This document shows, one piece after another, positions 46,694-56,816 of a stretch of 64,000 nt of DNA. This DNA comes from Candidatus Spechtbacteria bacterium RIFCSPHIGHO2_02_FULL_43_15b (GTDB lineage: Bacteria > Patescibacteriota > Minisyncoccia > Spechtbacterales > HO2-43-30), in assembly GCA_001819985.1 (NCBI GenBank), contig MHOE01000025.1, forward strand, positions 5,738 through 69,737, given 5' to 3'. The stretch's first letter is position 1, and each line of letters opens with the position of its first letter. The position numbers and the translations under genes were made by a program. The notes beneath the pieces were generated by a model. It was not told where the DNA came from, did not search any database, and was given only the letters and a program-made list of their open reading frames with translations.

Positions 46694-47155
46694 ATGCTAA
46701 AAAATAACGCCAAAACGATCCTTGTTTCTTCCGATATCATCAAGAAAACTCTTCGTTCTTCCAAAACTCCCGGCAAAAAATTGCTGGATCCTCTTTTCGC
46801 TTTTTCTTCTAAAAACAATCTCCCACTAAACATCCTCGAGAGTAAAGGTGTTCTTGAAAACGACGCGGAGGCGCATGAATACGAAGGAGATTTATGGCAT
46901 TGCCTCGAGGGAACTATTGAATTTGTATGCGGAGGAGAACTGGTAAAACCCGTACTCGCGAAAGACGCTAACGGAAAAAATATCACGGGCGAATTGAAGT
47001 CCAAAGTTATTAGACGCGGTAAAAAATTTATCCTCAAAAGAGGTGACTGGCTCTGGATACCGCCAGGCGAACCCCACAAACATATAACAAAAACGGCCGC
47101 TCGATTGTTTATAATAAAAATTCCGATAAAAAATAGCCATGACAAAAAAAATTAA
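46694..47155 (+). CDS. Cupin-fold protein (YhcH/NanQ-like motif)
   Basis: AEAHEYEGDLWHCLEG and LKRGDWLWIPPGEPH. Confidence 0.7.
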   Translation: MLKNNAKTILVSSDIIKKTLRSSKTPGKKLLDPLFAFSSKNNLPLNILESKGVLENDAEAHEYEGDLWHCLEGTIEFVCGGELVKPVLAKDANGKNITGELKSKVIRRGKKFILKRGDWLWIPPGEPHKHITKTAARLFIIKIPIKNSHDKKN

Positions 47156-47870
47156 AACGCTGGGAATAATACCCGCAAGAGGCGGATCGAAAAGCATCCC
47201 CTATAAAAACATTGCCCCGCTAGCGGGGAAACCCTTAATATACTACACAATAAAAGAAGCTAAAAAATCCAAACTTCTCGATGCTTTCATAGTTTCCACG
47301 GATGATCCCAAAATCGCAGAGGTTGCAAAATCTTATGGAGCTGATGTTCCATTTTTAAGACCGAAAAGATTTGCCCGTGATAAATCCGTCGATATTGAAT
47401 TCTTGAAGCACGCGATCGAGTGGCTCGAAAAAAACCGTTCATATAAACCAGAAATAGTATTGAATTTAAGGCCTACTTCCCCCCTTCGGACCGCGAAAGA
47501 TATAGATGATGTAATTTCCATTATGACAAGGACTAAGTGCGATTCCGTAAGAACTCTTACCTCCCCTTACCCGCACAATCCATTCAAGATGTGGCATTTC
47601 GCGAATGCAAAAAGTTCCAAAATAAAACCCTTACTGCCGACAAAATATTTCAATCATCTTGGAACTGATGTACCCCGACAACTTCTGCCGGATGTTTACT
47701 GGCAAAATGGTCTTGTTGACGCCACGCGCGCCAAGTTCATAAAGCAAGGGATTGTTTATGGACCAGATATGCGAGGACTCATAATAGAAACGGAAAGGTC
47801 TATGGATATAGATGAGCCCGAAGATTTGAAAAGGGCTGAAGAACTTATGAAAAATCTAAAATTACTCTAG
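47139..47870 (+). CDS. neuA: Acylneuraminate cytidylyltransferase (CMP-nonulosonate synthetase)
   Basis: IIPARGGSKSIPYKN, VSTDD, PFLRP, PTSPLR, QNG, DIDEPED. Confidence 0.92.
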   Translation: MTKKIKTLGIIPARGGSKSIPYKNIAPLAGKPLIYYTIKEAKKSKLLDAFIVSTDDPKIAEVAKSYGADVPFLRPKRFARDKSVDIEFLKHAIEWLEKNRSYKPEIVLNLRPTSPLRTAKDIDDVISIMTRTKCDSVRTLTSPYPHNPFKMWHFANAKSSKIKPLLPTKYFNHLGTDVPRQLLPDVYWQNGLVDATRAKFIKQGIVYGPDMRGLIIETERSMDIDEPEDLKRAEELMKNLKLL

Positions 47871-47923
47871 GTTTGGGGGTTGGATGTTGGAAAAGGTCGA
47901 TTCTAACCTTTAACCTAGACCTA
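47868..47923. repeat. Heptamer inverted-repeat element
   Basis: TAGGTTT GGGGGT TGGATGT TGG ... TCTAACCTTTAACCTAGACCTA; begins at the neuA TAG stop. Confidence 0.6.
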
Positions 47924-47932
47924 ATGCATATT

Positions 47933-48937
47933 ATGAAATTTCTTATTGCCGGCCTTGGCTCAATCGGCCAACGCCACTACAAAAATTTAATTGAATTAGG
48001 GCATAAAGATATTACTGTCTATAGAACCGGAAAAGGCGACCGCAAATTTGTGGCTAATTTTGAAAAAATATACAACCCCATTGTATTTGACGACCTCAAA
48101 ACCGCGCTTCTTGAAAAACCCGATGTATTGATAATATCAAACCCCACCATATTCCATGCCGAATTTATAAAACTCGGCATACAAAACAATTTGAAGGGAA
48201 TTTTTGTTGAGAAACCGGCCGCGGTCTCTGCGAACTCGATTAAAAATTTAGTCGCGCTTGCCGATAAAAACAATGCCATTGTCTATATCGCGTATAATTT
48301 CAGGTTCCATCCGTTGCTCCAAAGAATGCGTAAATTTTTAACAGAGAATGCCATCGGAAAAGTTTTGTCGGCTTCGGTAGATATGGGAGAATACCTGCCG
48401 GATTGGCACCCGTGGGAAGATTATAGGTACACATACGCCGCAAGAGCGGATCTTGGAGGAGGAGTGGTTCTCACTCAAAGCCATGACATTGATTATCTTT
48501 ACTGGTTTTTCGGAATGCCGGATAAAATCGCGGCCTTTGGCGGAACAAGGACGGGTCTCGAAGTAAGCGCTGAAGATTTGGTGAAAGCTGTTTTTGATTA
48601 TAGCGACGGAAGTATAGCGTCTTTGAATATGGATTTTTACAGAAAGCCCCCGCGAAGAACATTTGAAATAATAGGAACTGCGGGGACGCTATTATGGGAT
48701 TATCATAACGGCACTTTGACATTTACTCCTCACGAGCAGAATAAAAAGGCAAAAACTTTTGCCGTCCTAGAAAATTTTAACAGAAATCAGATGTTCCTTA
48801 GCGAGATGAAGCATTTTGTAAATTGCGTAAAGGGAAAGGATGATCCAAAAGTTACTTTTAAGGATGGCCTAAATGTGTTAAGAATATGCGAAGCGATATT
48901 GAAATCAATGAATACTGGAAAAATTGTCAAATTATAA
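47933..48937 (+). CDS. Gfo/Idh/MocA-family oxidoreductase
   Basis: IAGLGSIGQRH, FVEKP, YNFRF, YLPDWHPWEDYR, GGGVVLTQSHDID. Confidence 0.9.
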   Translation: MKFLIAGLGSIGQRHYKNLIELGHKDITVYRTGKGDRKFVANFEKIYNPIVFDDLKTALLEKPDVLIISNPTIFHAEFIKLGIQNNLKGIFVEKPAAVSANSIKNLVALADKNNAIVYIAYNFRFHPLLQRMRKFLTENAIGKVLSASVDMGEYLPDWHPWEDYRYTYAARADLGGGVVLTQSHDIDYLYWFFGMPDKIAAFGGTRTGLEVSAEDLVKAVFDYSDGSIASLNMDFYRKPPRRTFEIIGTAGTLLWDYHNGTLTFTPHEQNKKAKTFAVLENFNRNQMFLSEMKHFVNCVKGKDDPKVTFKDGLNVLRICEAILKSMNTGKIVKL

Positions 48938-48985
48938 CTTACCGTAGCCGTCACCTCTAGAATACGGGGTGATAGCGCGTAAAAA

Positions 48986-49780
48986 ATGAATAACACTGCA
49001 ATAAGAAATTTATTTTCCCTTAAAAACCGCGTAGCTATCATTACCGGCGGCGCCGGCATACTTGGCATGGAATACGCAAAAACCCTTTTTTTATCTGGCG
49101 CTAAAGTAATTCTTTTTGACATAAAAGAAAATTTCACATTGCCGAGAAATCTTAAGGCGAAATACATTAAAGTAGACATCTCAAATAAAAATGAAGTTGA
49201 CGAGGCGATAAAAACTGTTTTGCGATTATACAAAAAAATTGATATTTTGATAAATAATGCCGCGTTAAATCCGGTACCCGGGAGCGAACAATCTAAAAAC
49301 CTGTTTTTACCGTACGAACAATACCCCGAGGATTTATGGAGAAAGGATCTGGATGTTAATATAACTGGGTCGCAATTTTGCACGCAATCAGTGGTTCCAT
49401 TTATGAAAAAACAAAAAAAAGGAACTATTATAAATATATCCTCTATCTACGGAATAACCGGACCGGATAATAGGATCTATGATGCGGGAAAGTTTAAGTC
49501 CATAGGGTATGCGACAACTAAAGGCGCTATGGAAAATTTTACCCGATCATGGGCTTCATACCTTGAAAGTACGGACATAAGAGTAAACACTCTGACTCTC
49601 GGCGGAGTATTCGCTAACCAATCCGAACAATTCGTAAAAGCGTACAGTTCGAAAACGATTCTTGGAAGAATGGCGAAAAAAGATGACTTTAATTGCGCTA
49701 TTCTATTTTTAGCTTCAGATGCTTCAAGATATATGACCGGTTCAAACCTCATTATAGACGGCGGATGGAGCGCGTGGTAA
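48986..49780 (+). CDS. SDR-family oxidoreductase (nonulosonate-locus type)
   Basis: ITGGAGILG, LINNAA, ISSIYG, YATTK, RVN, YMTGSNLIIDGG. Confidence 0.92.
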   Translation: MNNTAIRNLFSLKNRVAIITGGAGILGMEYAKTLFLSGAKVILFDIKENFTLPRNLKAKYIKVDISNKNEVDEAIKTVLRLYKKIDILINNAALNPVPGSEQSKNLFLPYEQYPEDLWRKDLDVNITGSQFCTQSVVPFMKKQKKGTIINISSIYGITGPDNRIYDAGKFKSIGYATTKGAMENFTRSWASYLESTDIRVNTLTLGGVFANQSEQFVKAYSSKTILGRMAKKDDFNCAILFLASDASRYMTGSNLIIDGGWSAW

Positions 49781-49781
49781 T

Positions 49782-50993
49782 TTAAGCTCCTTTTCTTTGC
49801 AATAAACAATCGTTCTCATTTCCGGACAAATCGTGCGCCACTTCCCCGAAATTTTCGTCAAAGGGCCAATAACCAATGATTTTTTCCTTTGATATAACTG
49901 GCGGATTATTCGTTGCGCCGCTATACAGCGAAAAAATTTCATCTTCACTTAGGTCCCTGTTGAATATGTAAAGTTCATCCAGGTAACCGTCATAATTGTA
50001 GCAAGGCCCGCTGAACGGGTCTCCCTTAAATACGCACTTTCCCAACACTAATGGATATTCGGATCCGAAAACGCCTAGCAGATCATCGCTGGAATTAAAC
50101 TTAAGATCATAATCTTCCCATGATTTATCTAACTCGCCGTCAAAGTATGAAGTTATTATCCAGTTTCTGATTTCTTGAACGATTCCGTAATCGTCAACTT
50201 TACTGTGATTTTCATACTTAAACACTATTGCTATATGATGCCAAGTGTTATCTATAAAACCGCTCACTCCTCCTCCGCTAATAGAAACTTTTGAATCATC
50301 CGCTTGGAATAGTATGCTACCGTTTTTACTTTCACCTCTTAATGTCATGGACCACCATCGTTCCCTTGGTCTTCCCTTAAAAACAATGTCCTTGGGGTAA
50401 AGAGGAGCATTCATATCCTGCTTTATCCAAGCCGAAATTGTCATATCCGAAGTGCCTAGTAACCGAGTTGAAGAGGAATTACCACAATTAAGCCAAGCGT
50501 CTTCTGATCCAAAAAAAATAGAATTTCCGATAACTCCTTCGGCCCATTTGACAGTACGGCCATCTGATATAAACCCCTCCCAAGGCGGAGGAACCCCCGT
50601 CTCTTTAATGATTTCTTCTTTCGGCGGGACCTCTAGATCCTCGACAGATTTTTCTCCGTTGCTTGGATTTTCCGGCAAGGGATTTGCGACTAAATCTTCT
50701 GAATTATCTTCTTCGGTCGAATTTTTTTGGTCGTTCCGGTCGCCCTGGCTAGTAGTATCGTCTAAAACTTCGGCACCCCCATTTTCCAGATTATCCGGAT
50801 TCATAATTATTTTTTCGCTATTTTCCGTAAGAAGATTTTTAGAAATATTGCCTTCGTTTTGACTTCCGATATATGATAGGCCATCAAACTGCTCGACTTC
50901 GCCATTGGTATGAATTGATTTTACAAAAAACGCGGCGCTTAAAACTAAAGCGCTTATGCCAAATGTTATAATTTTGATAAAACTAAAATTCAT
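49782..50993 (-). CDS. Membrane-anchored LamG/concanavalin-like domain protein
   Basis: N-terminal TM, acidic linker, MTISAWIK, WHHIAIV, YFDG, GYLDELYIFNRDLS, IGYWPFDE. Confidence 0.82.
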   Translation of the reverse strand: MNFSFIKIITFGISALVLSAAFFVKSIHTNGEVEQFDGLSYIGSQNEGNISKNLLTENSEKIIMNPDNLENGGAEVLDDTTSQGDRNDQKNSTEEDNSEDLVANPLPENPSNGEKSVEDLEVPPKEEIIKETGVPPPWEGFISDGRTVKWAEGVIGNSIFFGSEDAWLNCGNSSSTRLLGTSDMTISAWIKQDMNAPLYPKDIVFKGRPRERWWSMTLRGESKNGSILFQADDSKVSISGGGVSGFIDNTWHHIAIVFKYENHSKVDDYGIVQEIRNWIITSYFDGELDKSWEDYDLKFNSSDDLLGVFGSEYPLVLGKCVFKGDPFSGPCYNYDGYLDELYIFNRDLSEDEIFSLYSGATNNPPVISKEKIIGYWPFDENFGEVAHDLSGNENDCLLQRKGA

Positions 50994-52476
50994 TGAGTAT
51001 CGCCTCTTTTATGTTTTGACTGCTTAAATCCATAGAGTATGCAAAATTTTTTTCGATTCCCTGTTCAATACTTGCCCTTATACTTACCCTATCAAACGCG
51101 CCAAGATAATTCAATACTTTTTGTCTATCCGGTTTATAACCGCTGATTACCTTTCCCATTGCTGACCTCGAAGCAATAATGTCATATATCTTAAATATCT
51201 CACTGCAATCTTTATATGAAGGATATCCAAAAACCATCGAGGGCTTGCCGTTTAATACCGCTTCCCAAGAGCCTGTACCCGCAACCGTTGCGACACACTG
51301 ACATCTTTCGATAAATTTGTTTGACAGAATTTCCGGCGGCACAAGATAGACATTTCTATACGAGGACAATTTTTTGTAGTAACCGGCATATCTACCCTGA
51401 TGGGCATGGACTCCTCCTTTTGTCCATTGAGACAAATGCTCTTTCGCGTATATTACCCAATCATCCGGAATTGAATTTGATAATATATCGAACATTAAAA
51501 ATTGATCTGTAAATATCCCTCCCTCGGGCGAAGTCGAGCGCTCGGGCTGGTACTGAAGAGGTGCGTAAATAAATTTTTTATTCCAATCAACTTCAACTTG
51601 AAGATTCCTATATTCTTTCTCGAATAATTTTTTTGCCGTCGCCCACTCTCGTAATTTAACCTCATAATCTATACCTTTATAATCGGGGTCAAAGCTTAGC
51701 AACCCGGACTCTGCCGAAAATAAACGCTTGAAATAAGCCCTCCCTCTCCTTGCAATGCTTCCGTCTTTAATACTTGAAAGGACCTTGCCAATACTAGGCG
51801 CTTTTAAGGATCGAGCTACCTGATCTAATTCATGAACTGTTTTATATGGAAACTTTGAAACCTCGGAAGGACTTGTCTGAAAAATATAGTAATCACGAAT
51901 ATCTTTACTTAAATCTTCCAGTTTATAGTTGTGCCCCTTTGCGATTTCAGCGATAAGTTTTTCGGAACCAATTTTGATATCTCGAGCGAGCAAATACCTA
52001 TCCGGTATCCTTGTTAGCATAAATACCAAAGTTTTTATGCCAAATTCTTTACAAACGGAATATAGAACAAAATCATAAACAAGATGAGGGGTGGTGGAAA
52101 AAATTACGGCATCTGGATTCATTGACTTAAGCACGCCTCGCCAGTATTTTAACAGGTCATAATAAAGCCGCTTTCTCCGCATAAAATGCACCTTAGAATA
52201 ATCAATGCGATTCATCATCGTCATGGTAATAGATTCGCACGCAAAAAATTTTTCAATGATCTCTTTTCCAAGCGGCTCAAAATTTATAGTGTTTACTTCT
52301 TCGGGAGGTATGGCTTTTACGGCATCGAAACTCGAATGAAAGATTGTTTTTGGAAATTCATCTTTACGGGATGTCCCACCCGTCCAATACAAAATTTCAC
52401 AGCCATTTTGCTGTAAATTTTTAGCGACCTCTCCTAAATTAGGCGCGGACCATTCGATTAAAAAAATTTTAGACAT
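50983..52476 (-). CDS. Capsule_synth/KpsS-like putative nonulosonyl transferase
   Basis: YAPLQYQPERST, YAKEH, TVAGTGSWEAVLNGKP; located within the pse operon. Confidence 0.72.
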   Translation of the reverse strand: MSKIFLIEWSAPNLGEVAKNLQQNGCEILYWTGGTSRKDEFPKTIFHSSFDAVKAIPPEEVNTINFEPLGKEIIEKFFACESITMTMMNRIDYSKVHFMRRKRLYYDLLKYWRGVLKSMNPDAVIFSTTPHLVYDFVLYSVCKEFGIKTLVFMLTRIPDRYLLARDIKIGSEKLIAEIAKGHNYKLEDLSKDIRDYYIFQTSPSEVSKFPYKTVHELDQVARSLKAPSIGKVLSSIKDGSIARRGRAYFKRLFSAESGLLSFDPDYKGIDYEVKLREWATAKKLFEKEYRNLQVEVDWNKKFIYAPLQYQPERSTSPEGGIFTDQFLMFDILSNSIPDDWVIYAKEHLSQWTKGGVHAHQGRYAGYYKKLSSYRNVYLVPPEILSNKFIERCQCVATVAGTGSWEAVLNGKPSMVFGYPSYKDCSEIFKIYDIIASRSAMGKVISGYKPDRQKVLNYLGAFDRVSIRASIEQGIEKNFAYSMDLSSQNIKEAILNEF

Positions 52477-52525
52477 AAATTAAAAAAGTACCATCGCAGT
52501 ACACTTTTTTATAACCTAATTTGCG

Positions 52526-53662
52526 TTATTTTTCAACCAAATCCCATGAAACCGGAGTAGCCGCTTCAATATCGCAAGACGCTTTTCTACCCAAAATATC
52601 GTAATAGAATTTTGGCGCAAGGCCTACTGATGGCCGAGCCACGCGCATGTTGTTTTCGGAAAATACTTCGCCCGCTTTGATATCCGCCTTTACCCACAAG
52701 GAAGGCCTGAAAAAAGTATTCTCCGCTTCCTGGGCGCTTGCGGGACCGTATTGAGGCCTTCCAAGAGCCGAGTTTATCCGGTCTTGGCTTATATTAAGTC
52801 CGCTATCCCCTGTTTTCTCAAACCGCCTTATACGATCTACCATCTCCTTAAGTTCTGACGGTTCAATGGAAAATCTTGAATCAGGCCCGCCGGAATTTTT
52901 ATCAAGAATGAAATGCTTTTCAATCACCGAAGCGCCTCCGACGATCGCCGCGATAATCGGGATCTCTATTCCGGAATTGTTATCCGAAAATCCTCCAAGA
53001 ACACCGAATTTATTTTTCAGATCTCCTATTGTAGATAGATTTGCGAATTCAAATTTTGGGGTATCAGAATATGCTGTAACGCAATGAAGAATAACTATAT
53101 CATCAGCTCCGTTATTGCGAAGCGTATCTACGGCTAGTGCCGCTTCCTCAAACGAAGCAAACCCGACTGAAATTATAACCGGCTTTTTTGTGCTTGCAAT
53201 TTTCTTGAGAAGTGGGATATGGATAGCTTCGTATGAGGCCACCTTATAGAAATCCACATTAAGCCCTTCCAGAAAATCTACCGCAGTATCGTCAAACGGC
53301 GTGGAAAAAAACATAAGTCCCAAACTTTCGGCAAGCTCTTTCAACTTCGGTTGCCAATCCCAAGGGGTATACGCGGTTCCGTATAATTCATATAGATTCG
53401 CGTTCTTCCAAGAATCCGGCTGGTCCTTCCCGCCGACAATAAACCAATCTTTTCGAGAATTGAGCGTAATAGTATCAGGAGTGTATGTTTGAAGTTTTAT
53501 AGCGTCGACGCCGGCTTTTGCCGCTTCTCGTACAAGCTCCTCCGCTTCCTCATATTTTTGATGATGATTTCCCGATAACTCCGCAACAACAAAACATGGC
53601 TGGCCTTCGCCAATCTTTCTATTTCCTATTTGCATTACGCCTTTGTCTTTGCGCATATTCAT
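52526..53662 (-). CDS. pseI: Pseudaminic acid synthase
   Basis: VAELSGNH, KLQTYTPDT, TPWDW, FSTPFD, KVASYE, IEKHF, GGPDSRFS, C-terminal SAF domain; pseB/pseC context. Confidence 0.9.
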   Translation of the reverse strand: MNMRKDKGVMQIGNRKIGEGQPCFVVAELSGNHHQKYEEAEELVREAAKAGVDAIKLQTYTPDTITLNSRKDWFIVGGKDQPDSWKNANLYELYGTAYTPWDWQPKLKELAESLGLMFFSTPFDDTAVDFLEGLNVDFYKVASYEAIHIPLLKKIASTKKPVIISVGFASFEEAALAVDTLRNNGADDIVILHCVTAYSDTPKFEFANLSTIGDLKNKFGVLGGFSDNNSGIEIPIIAAIVGGASVIEKHFILDKNSGGPDSRFSIEPSELKEMVDRIRRFEKTGDSGLNISQDRINSALGRPQYGPASAQEAENTFFRPSLWVKADIKAGEVFSENNMRVARPSVGLAPKFYYDILGRKASCDIEAATPVSWDLVEK

Positions 53663-53668
53663 TTTATT

Positions 53669-54262
53669 TTATCTCTCTTTTTCTAAATAGTCCGCAAGAA
53701 CTGAAACCTTCGTGTCCCACCCATTGCTTAGTAAATGCAATAACGGCTCTTTATCGGCAGATTTATGATACGAACCCTCGTCCGCATTTTGTCTGCGCCT
53801 TGAGTACTTGCCTATGCGGATATTTTTCCATTCCTGCTTGAATAGATTTTTTATCTCCGCATGCAATTTTTCGTAGCTTGTTTTCAGTGTATCATTTTCT
53901 GAAAATTCGACCTCTTTCTGGACGATAATATCGCCCGTATCAAGACCCTTATCTATGCAATGAATGGTAACGCCTTTAGCCGTTTTGTCAATAAAACTCC
54001 AAAAATTTGGATCCGCTCCCTTGTTCCACGGCAAATAGCTTATATGCAGATTTACAGCCCCATATTTGGGATAATTAAAAACCGCCGGACGTATTATAAA
54101 TCTATAATTATAGCTTACTATAATATCGGGCTTGAATTCTTCCAGATCTTCCGAAACGACTTTTCTATCTATAAATAAAACCCTCCCTTCTTCATCGCGA
54201 AAATAGTTGTATAAATCCACGGAGTGTTCGCTGTTTTTGTTTCCGAGAAACAGAACATTCAT
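53669..54262 (-). CDS. Formyltransferase (N10-formyl-THF dependent)
   Basis: VSYNY, NLHISYLPWNKGADP, GVTIH.IDKGLDTGDI. Confidence 0.88.
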   Translation of the reverse strand: MNVLFLGNKNSEHSVDLYNYFRDEEGRVLFIDRKVVSEDLEEFKPDIIVSYNYRFIIRPAVFNYPKYGAVNLHISYLPWNKGADPNFWSFIDKTAKGVTIHCIDKGLDTGDIIVQKEVEFSENDTLKTSYEKLHAEIKNLFKQEWKNIRIGKYSRRRQNADEGSYHKSADKEPLLHLLSNGWDTKVSVLADYLEKER

Positions 54263-54945
54263 AACGCGTAAGTTCTTATTTTTTCTATTTCTAAAATTTT
54301 ATCGGGATGGAGCTTTTTCAATTGCTCAATCCCATTTTTTACTTTGGAATCAACACTAGACAAGCTTTCCTTGCTCCTGCAATAAGTAAACAGCGCCTTA
54401 GAATAATGGTATCCCTTCCAGTCGGTATGCCTCAAGAGAATATCGTATTCTGGAAAAAGTAGTCCCTCCGTCCACAGCCTTTCACCTACCGAAAACCTCC
54501 TGAACATCATCCCGCCTGCAATAGTTTCAAAAATATTCTTAGGGCTTACCAGAATTTTCTTGCCTTCGAACTCTTCGTAGTAATCCGAGTAAACGAAATC
54601 TATACTTTTATCCGCATCAAGTATTTTTGAAAGATCTCCGATTAAAGTCGGCAAAAAATAATCGTCGTAATCAAGGAAAACAATATACTTGCCTTTGGAA
54701 ACGGCGAAACCATTATTTGCCGCCGCAACCGCTCCTTGATTTTTCTCATCTACAACTCTTATGTTTTTGTGCTTATCGGCATAACTTCTTACAACATCTA
54801 GAGTTCCATCGCGCGACCCGTCATTAACTGCGATAATCTCGAATTTATTCTTTGGAAAATCCTGATATATAGCGCTTTCTATCGCTCTGCCAACAATTTT
54901 TTCGGAATTATAAGCGCGTATTATTATTGAAACTTTAGGAATCAT
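54259..54945 (-). CDS. Glycosyltransferase family 2
   Basis: VSIIIRAYN, VNDGSRD, NQG..AA.N.G, FLDYDD. Confidence 0.88.
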   Translation of the reverse strand: MIPKVSIIIRAYNSEKIVGRAIESAIYQDFPKNKFEIIAVNDGSRDGTLDVVRSYADKHKNIRVVDEKNQGAVAAANNGFAVSKGKYIVFLDYDDYFLPTLIGDLSKILDADKSIDFVYSDYYEEFEGKKILVSPKNIFETIAGGMMFRRFSVGERLWTEGLLFPEYDILLRHTDWKGYHYSKALFTYCRSKESLSSVDSKVKNGIEQLKKLHPDKILEIEKIRTYAL

Positions 54946-56077
54946 AATTTTGATATATCTTAATCAGGTTTCCCTCTTCGTCTCTCCTTAATCTTCCGTT
55001 GCCATCCGCTTCAAATATTGCTTTGTCGGTAAACGAATCTACGACCCGAAAAAATTCTTCTTCGGTAATGTTGAAGTAATTTATAAAATCCCTCAAAATA
55101 TGCCTATACAATTTACCGTCATACTTTTTAACAAGCTCCATTCCTTCATCTCGAGTAATTCTGCCGTTCCTTATATCCAGACACGCGTGATCTGTCGCTC
55201 GCCCAAATCCAAATTTCACATATTTCAAATAATCATGTATGGAAACTAGAGCGTCATCCAAGTTTTCGTAGTTTGTGTATGTGCCCTCAATCGGGCCATC
55301 CTCTTTCACTCTAAATCCATATCGCCTCATGAGCTCGACTTGCGGCCTAGCATCCCACTTAAAATAATAACCCAAAAATATGCCTGTTATACCGGCATCT
55401 TTAAGTTCTTCTTCTAATGGATAGCAATAAGACACCAAATCCTCTTTTGTTATTCCGTCAACGCCTACCATATCTTCAACCCTTTCGCCCAGCAGACCTC
55501 CAAATTCTTCAAGCCATCTCCTGTCTAAGACATTTCTCATTCGAGAAGCTTTAGGTCCGCCATATTCAAGCTGTGAATTTTCTCCCCATATCACTAAAGG
55601 GATTTTGAATTGAACGGCAACTCTTATAGGTATTGTAAATATTCCTATGTGGTTTGGCCATTCATGATCGCCAACTTTTCTAAATCCTTCCAGGCACATT
55701 TTTTTATAAACTGCCGGATTTTTTTTGAATTCGATCATATCACCGAACTGTCTGCAATTCTCAAGATTTTTTTGGCCAAGGACATTTCGCTTTGTTGCTT
55801 CAAAATTGACAAGTAATGGATTAAAACCGTATTTTCGCGCCATATAAGCCTGATAATGGCTGTCTTTACCGCCGCTTACGGGTATTATGCAATCATAATT
55901 TCCCGAATTTTTCCCCTTGAATTTTTCTACCACCGCCTCAAACTCTCTTTCTCGCTCATTCCAATCTATAGTATTCTTGAGTTCCGCAGATCTGCAGGCA
56001 TCGCAAACTCCCGCTTCATCAAAAAAGAGGTCGGGTTTTGTATTTGGCATTACGCACTTTTCGCAATACTTAAACAT
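54935..56077 (-). CDS. N-acetyl sugar amidotransferase (WbuX/WbpG/PseA-like, acetamidino-forming)
   Basis: CEKCVMP..P, GVCDAC, YDCIIPVSGGKDS (PP-loop), WGEN, KFGFGR, IRNGRITR. Confidence 0.9.
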   Translation of the reverse strand: MFKYCEKCVMPNTKPDLFFDEAGVCDACRSAELKNTIDWNEREREFEAVVEKFKGKNSGNYDCIIPVSGGKDSHYQAYMARKYGFNPLLVNFEATKRNVLGQKNLENCRQFGDMIEFKKNPAVYKKMCLEGFRKVGDHEWPNHIGIFTIPIRVAVQFKIPLVIWGENSQLEYGGPKASRMRNVLDRRWLEEFGGLLGERVEDMVGVDGITKEDLVSYCYPLEEELKDAGITGIFLGYYFKWDARPQVELMRRYGFRVKEDGPIEGTYTNYENLDDALVSIHDYLKYVKFGFGRATDHACLDIRNGRITRDEGMELVKKYDGKLYRHILRDFINYFNITEEEFFRVVDSFTDKAIFEADGNGRLRRDEEGNLIKIYQNYDS

Positions 56078-56113
56078 TTTAATTTGTCCTCTTTTGGACA
56101 AAGTTGATAGCCA

Positions 56114-56749
56114 TTATTTCTTTAATAAAAACATCTGACTTGCATTCCCATCGTTCATTTTGTATTTTTCTTCCCTCGCTAATTTCAAATCTGAAAAATT
56201 CTTTAGATAAAAATCGCAGAAATCGCGCTTCCACAAAAATCCTTTCTTGCCTCTATACTCGATATCCGTAAGCTTTGGCGCGTAATATTCCATTCCCCAG
56301 ATATATCCGCCCGAAACCCTAACAATCTCTTTCGTAGCTTTTTTAACATCTTTAGGCGCGATATGTATTAAAACTCCCGAGGTAAAGACCAAATCAAAAT
56401 AATTTTTTTTGAAAGGCAAATCAAACGCGGACCCTTTTATTATATCAATTTTGGGATGAATTTTCTTTGCCGCCTCGACCGCGTATTCGTTTACCTCGAT
56501 TCCTAATAAATTCGTAAATCCCATCTTTCTTAAAAGTTCGAGCTGGAGGCCGATATTCGCGCCTACTTCGAGTATTTTAACATCTTTGCTTATGCCCGAT
56601 AAAAATTTACGATTCATCGCAGTTCTTAAAACGCCGTATTGCTTTTTATACAAACCGTCTAATTCTTTTACCGATTGCGGGTTTCTATCCGTGTAACTAT
56701 TACCGTCCCTGCCGGACCAAAAATTAATTTGTTCGGTTATTTTTTGCAT
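56114..56749 (-). CDS. Pseudaminic-acid-biosynthesis-associated SAM methyltransferase
   Basis: QINFWSGRDGNSYTDRN, LEVGANIG, VFTSGVLIHI, EYY...YRG....LWKRDF. Confidence 0.87.
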   Translation of the reverse strand: MQKITEQINFWSGRDGNSYTDRNPQSVKELDGLYKKQYGVLRTAMNRKFLSGISKDVKILEVGANIGLQLELLRKMGFTNLLGIEVNEYAVEAAKKIHPKIDIIKGSAFDLPFKKNYFDLVFTSGVLIHIAPKDVKKATKEIVRVSGGYIWGMEYYAPKLTDIEYRGKKGFLWKRDFCDFYLKNFSDLKLAREEKYKMNDGNASQMFLLKK

Positions 56750-56816
56750 ATGCCAAAAATTAATTACATTAAAAATTGTGCCACTTTCTACCCAAAGAGT
56801 CACACTGCTCAAAATA

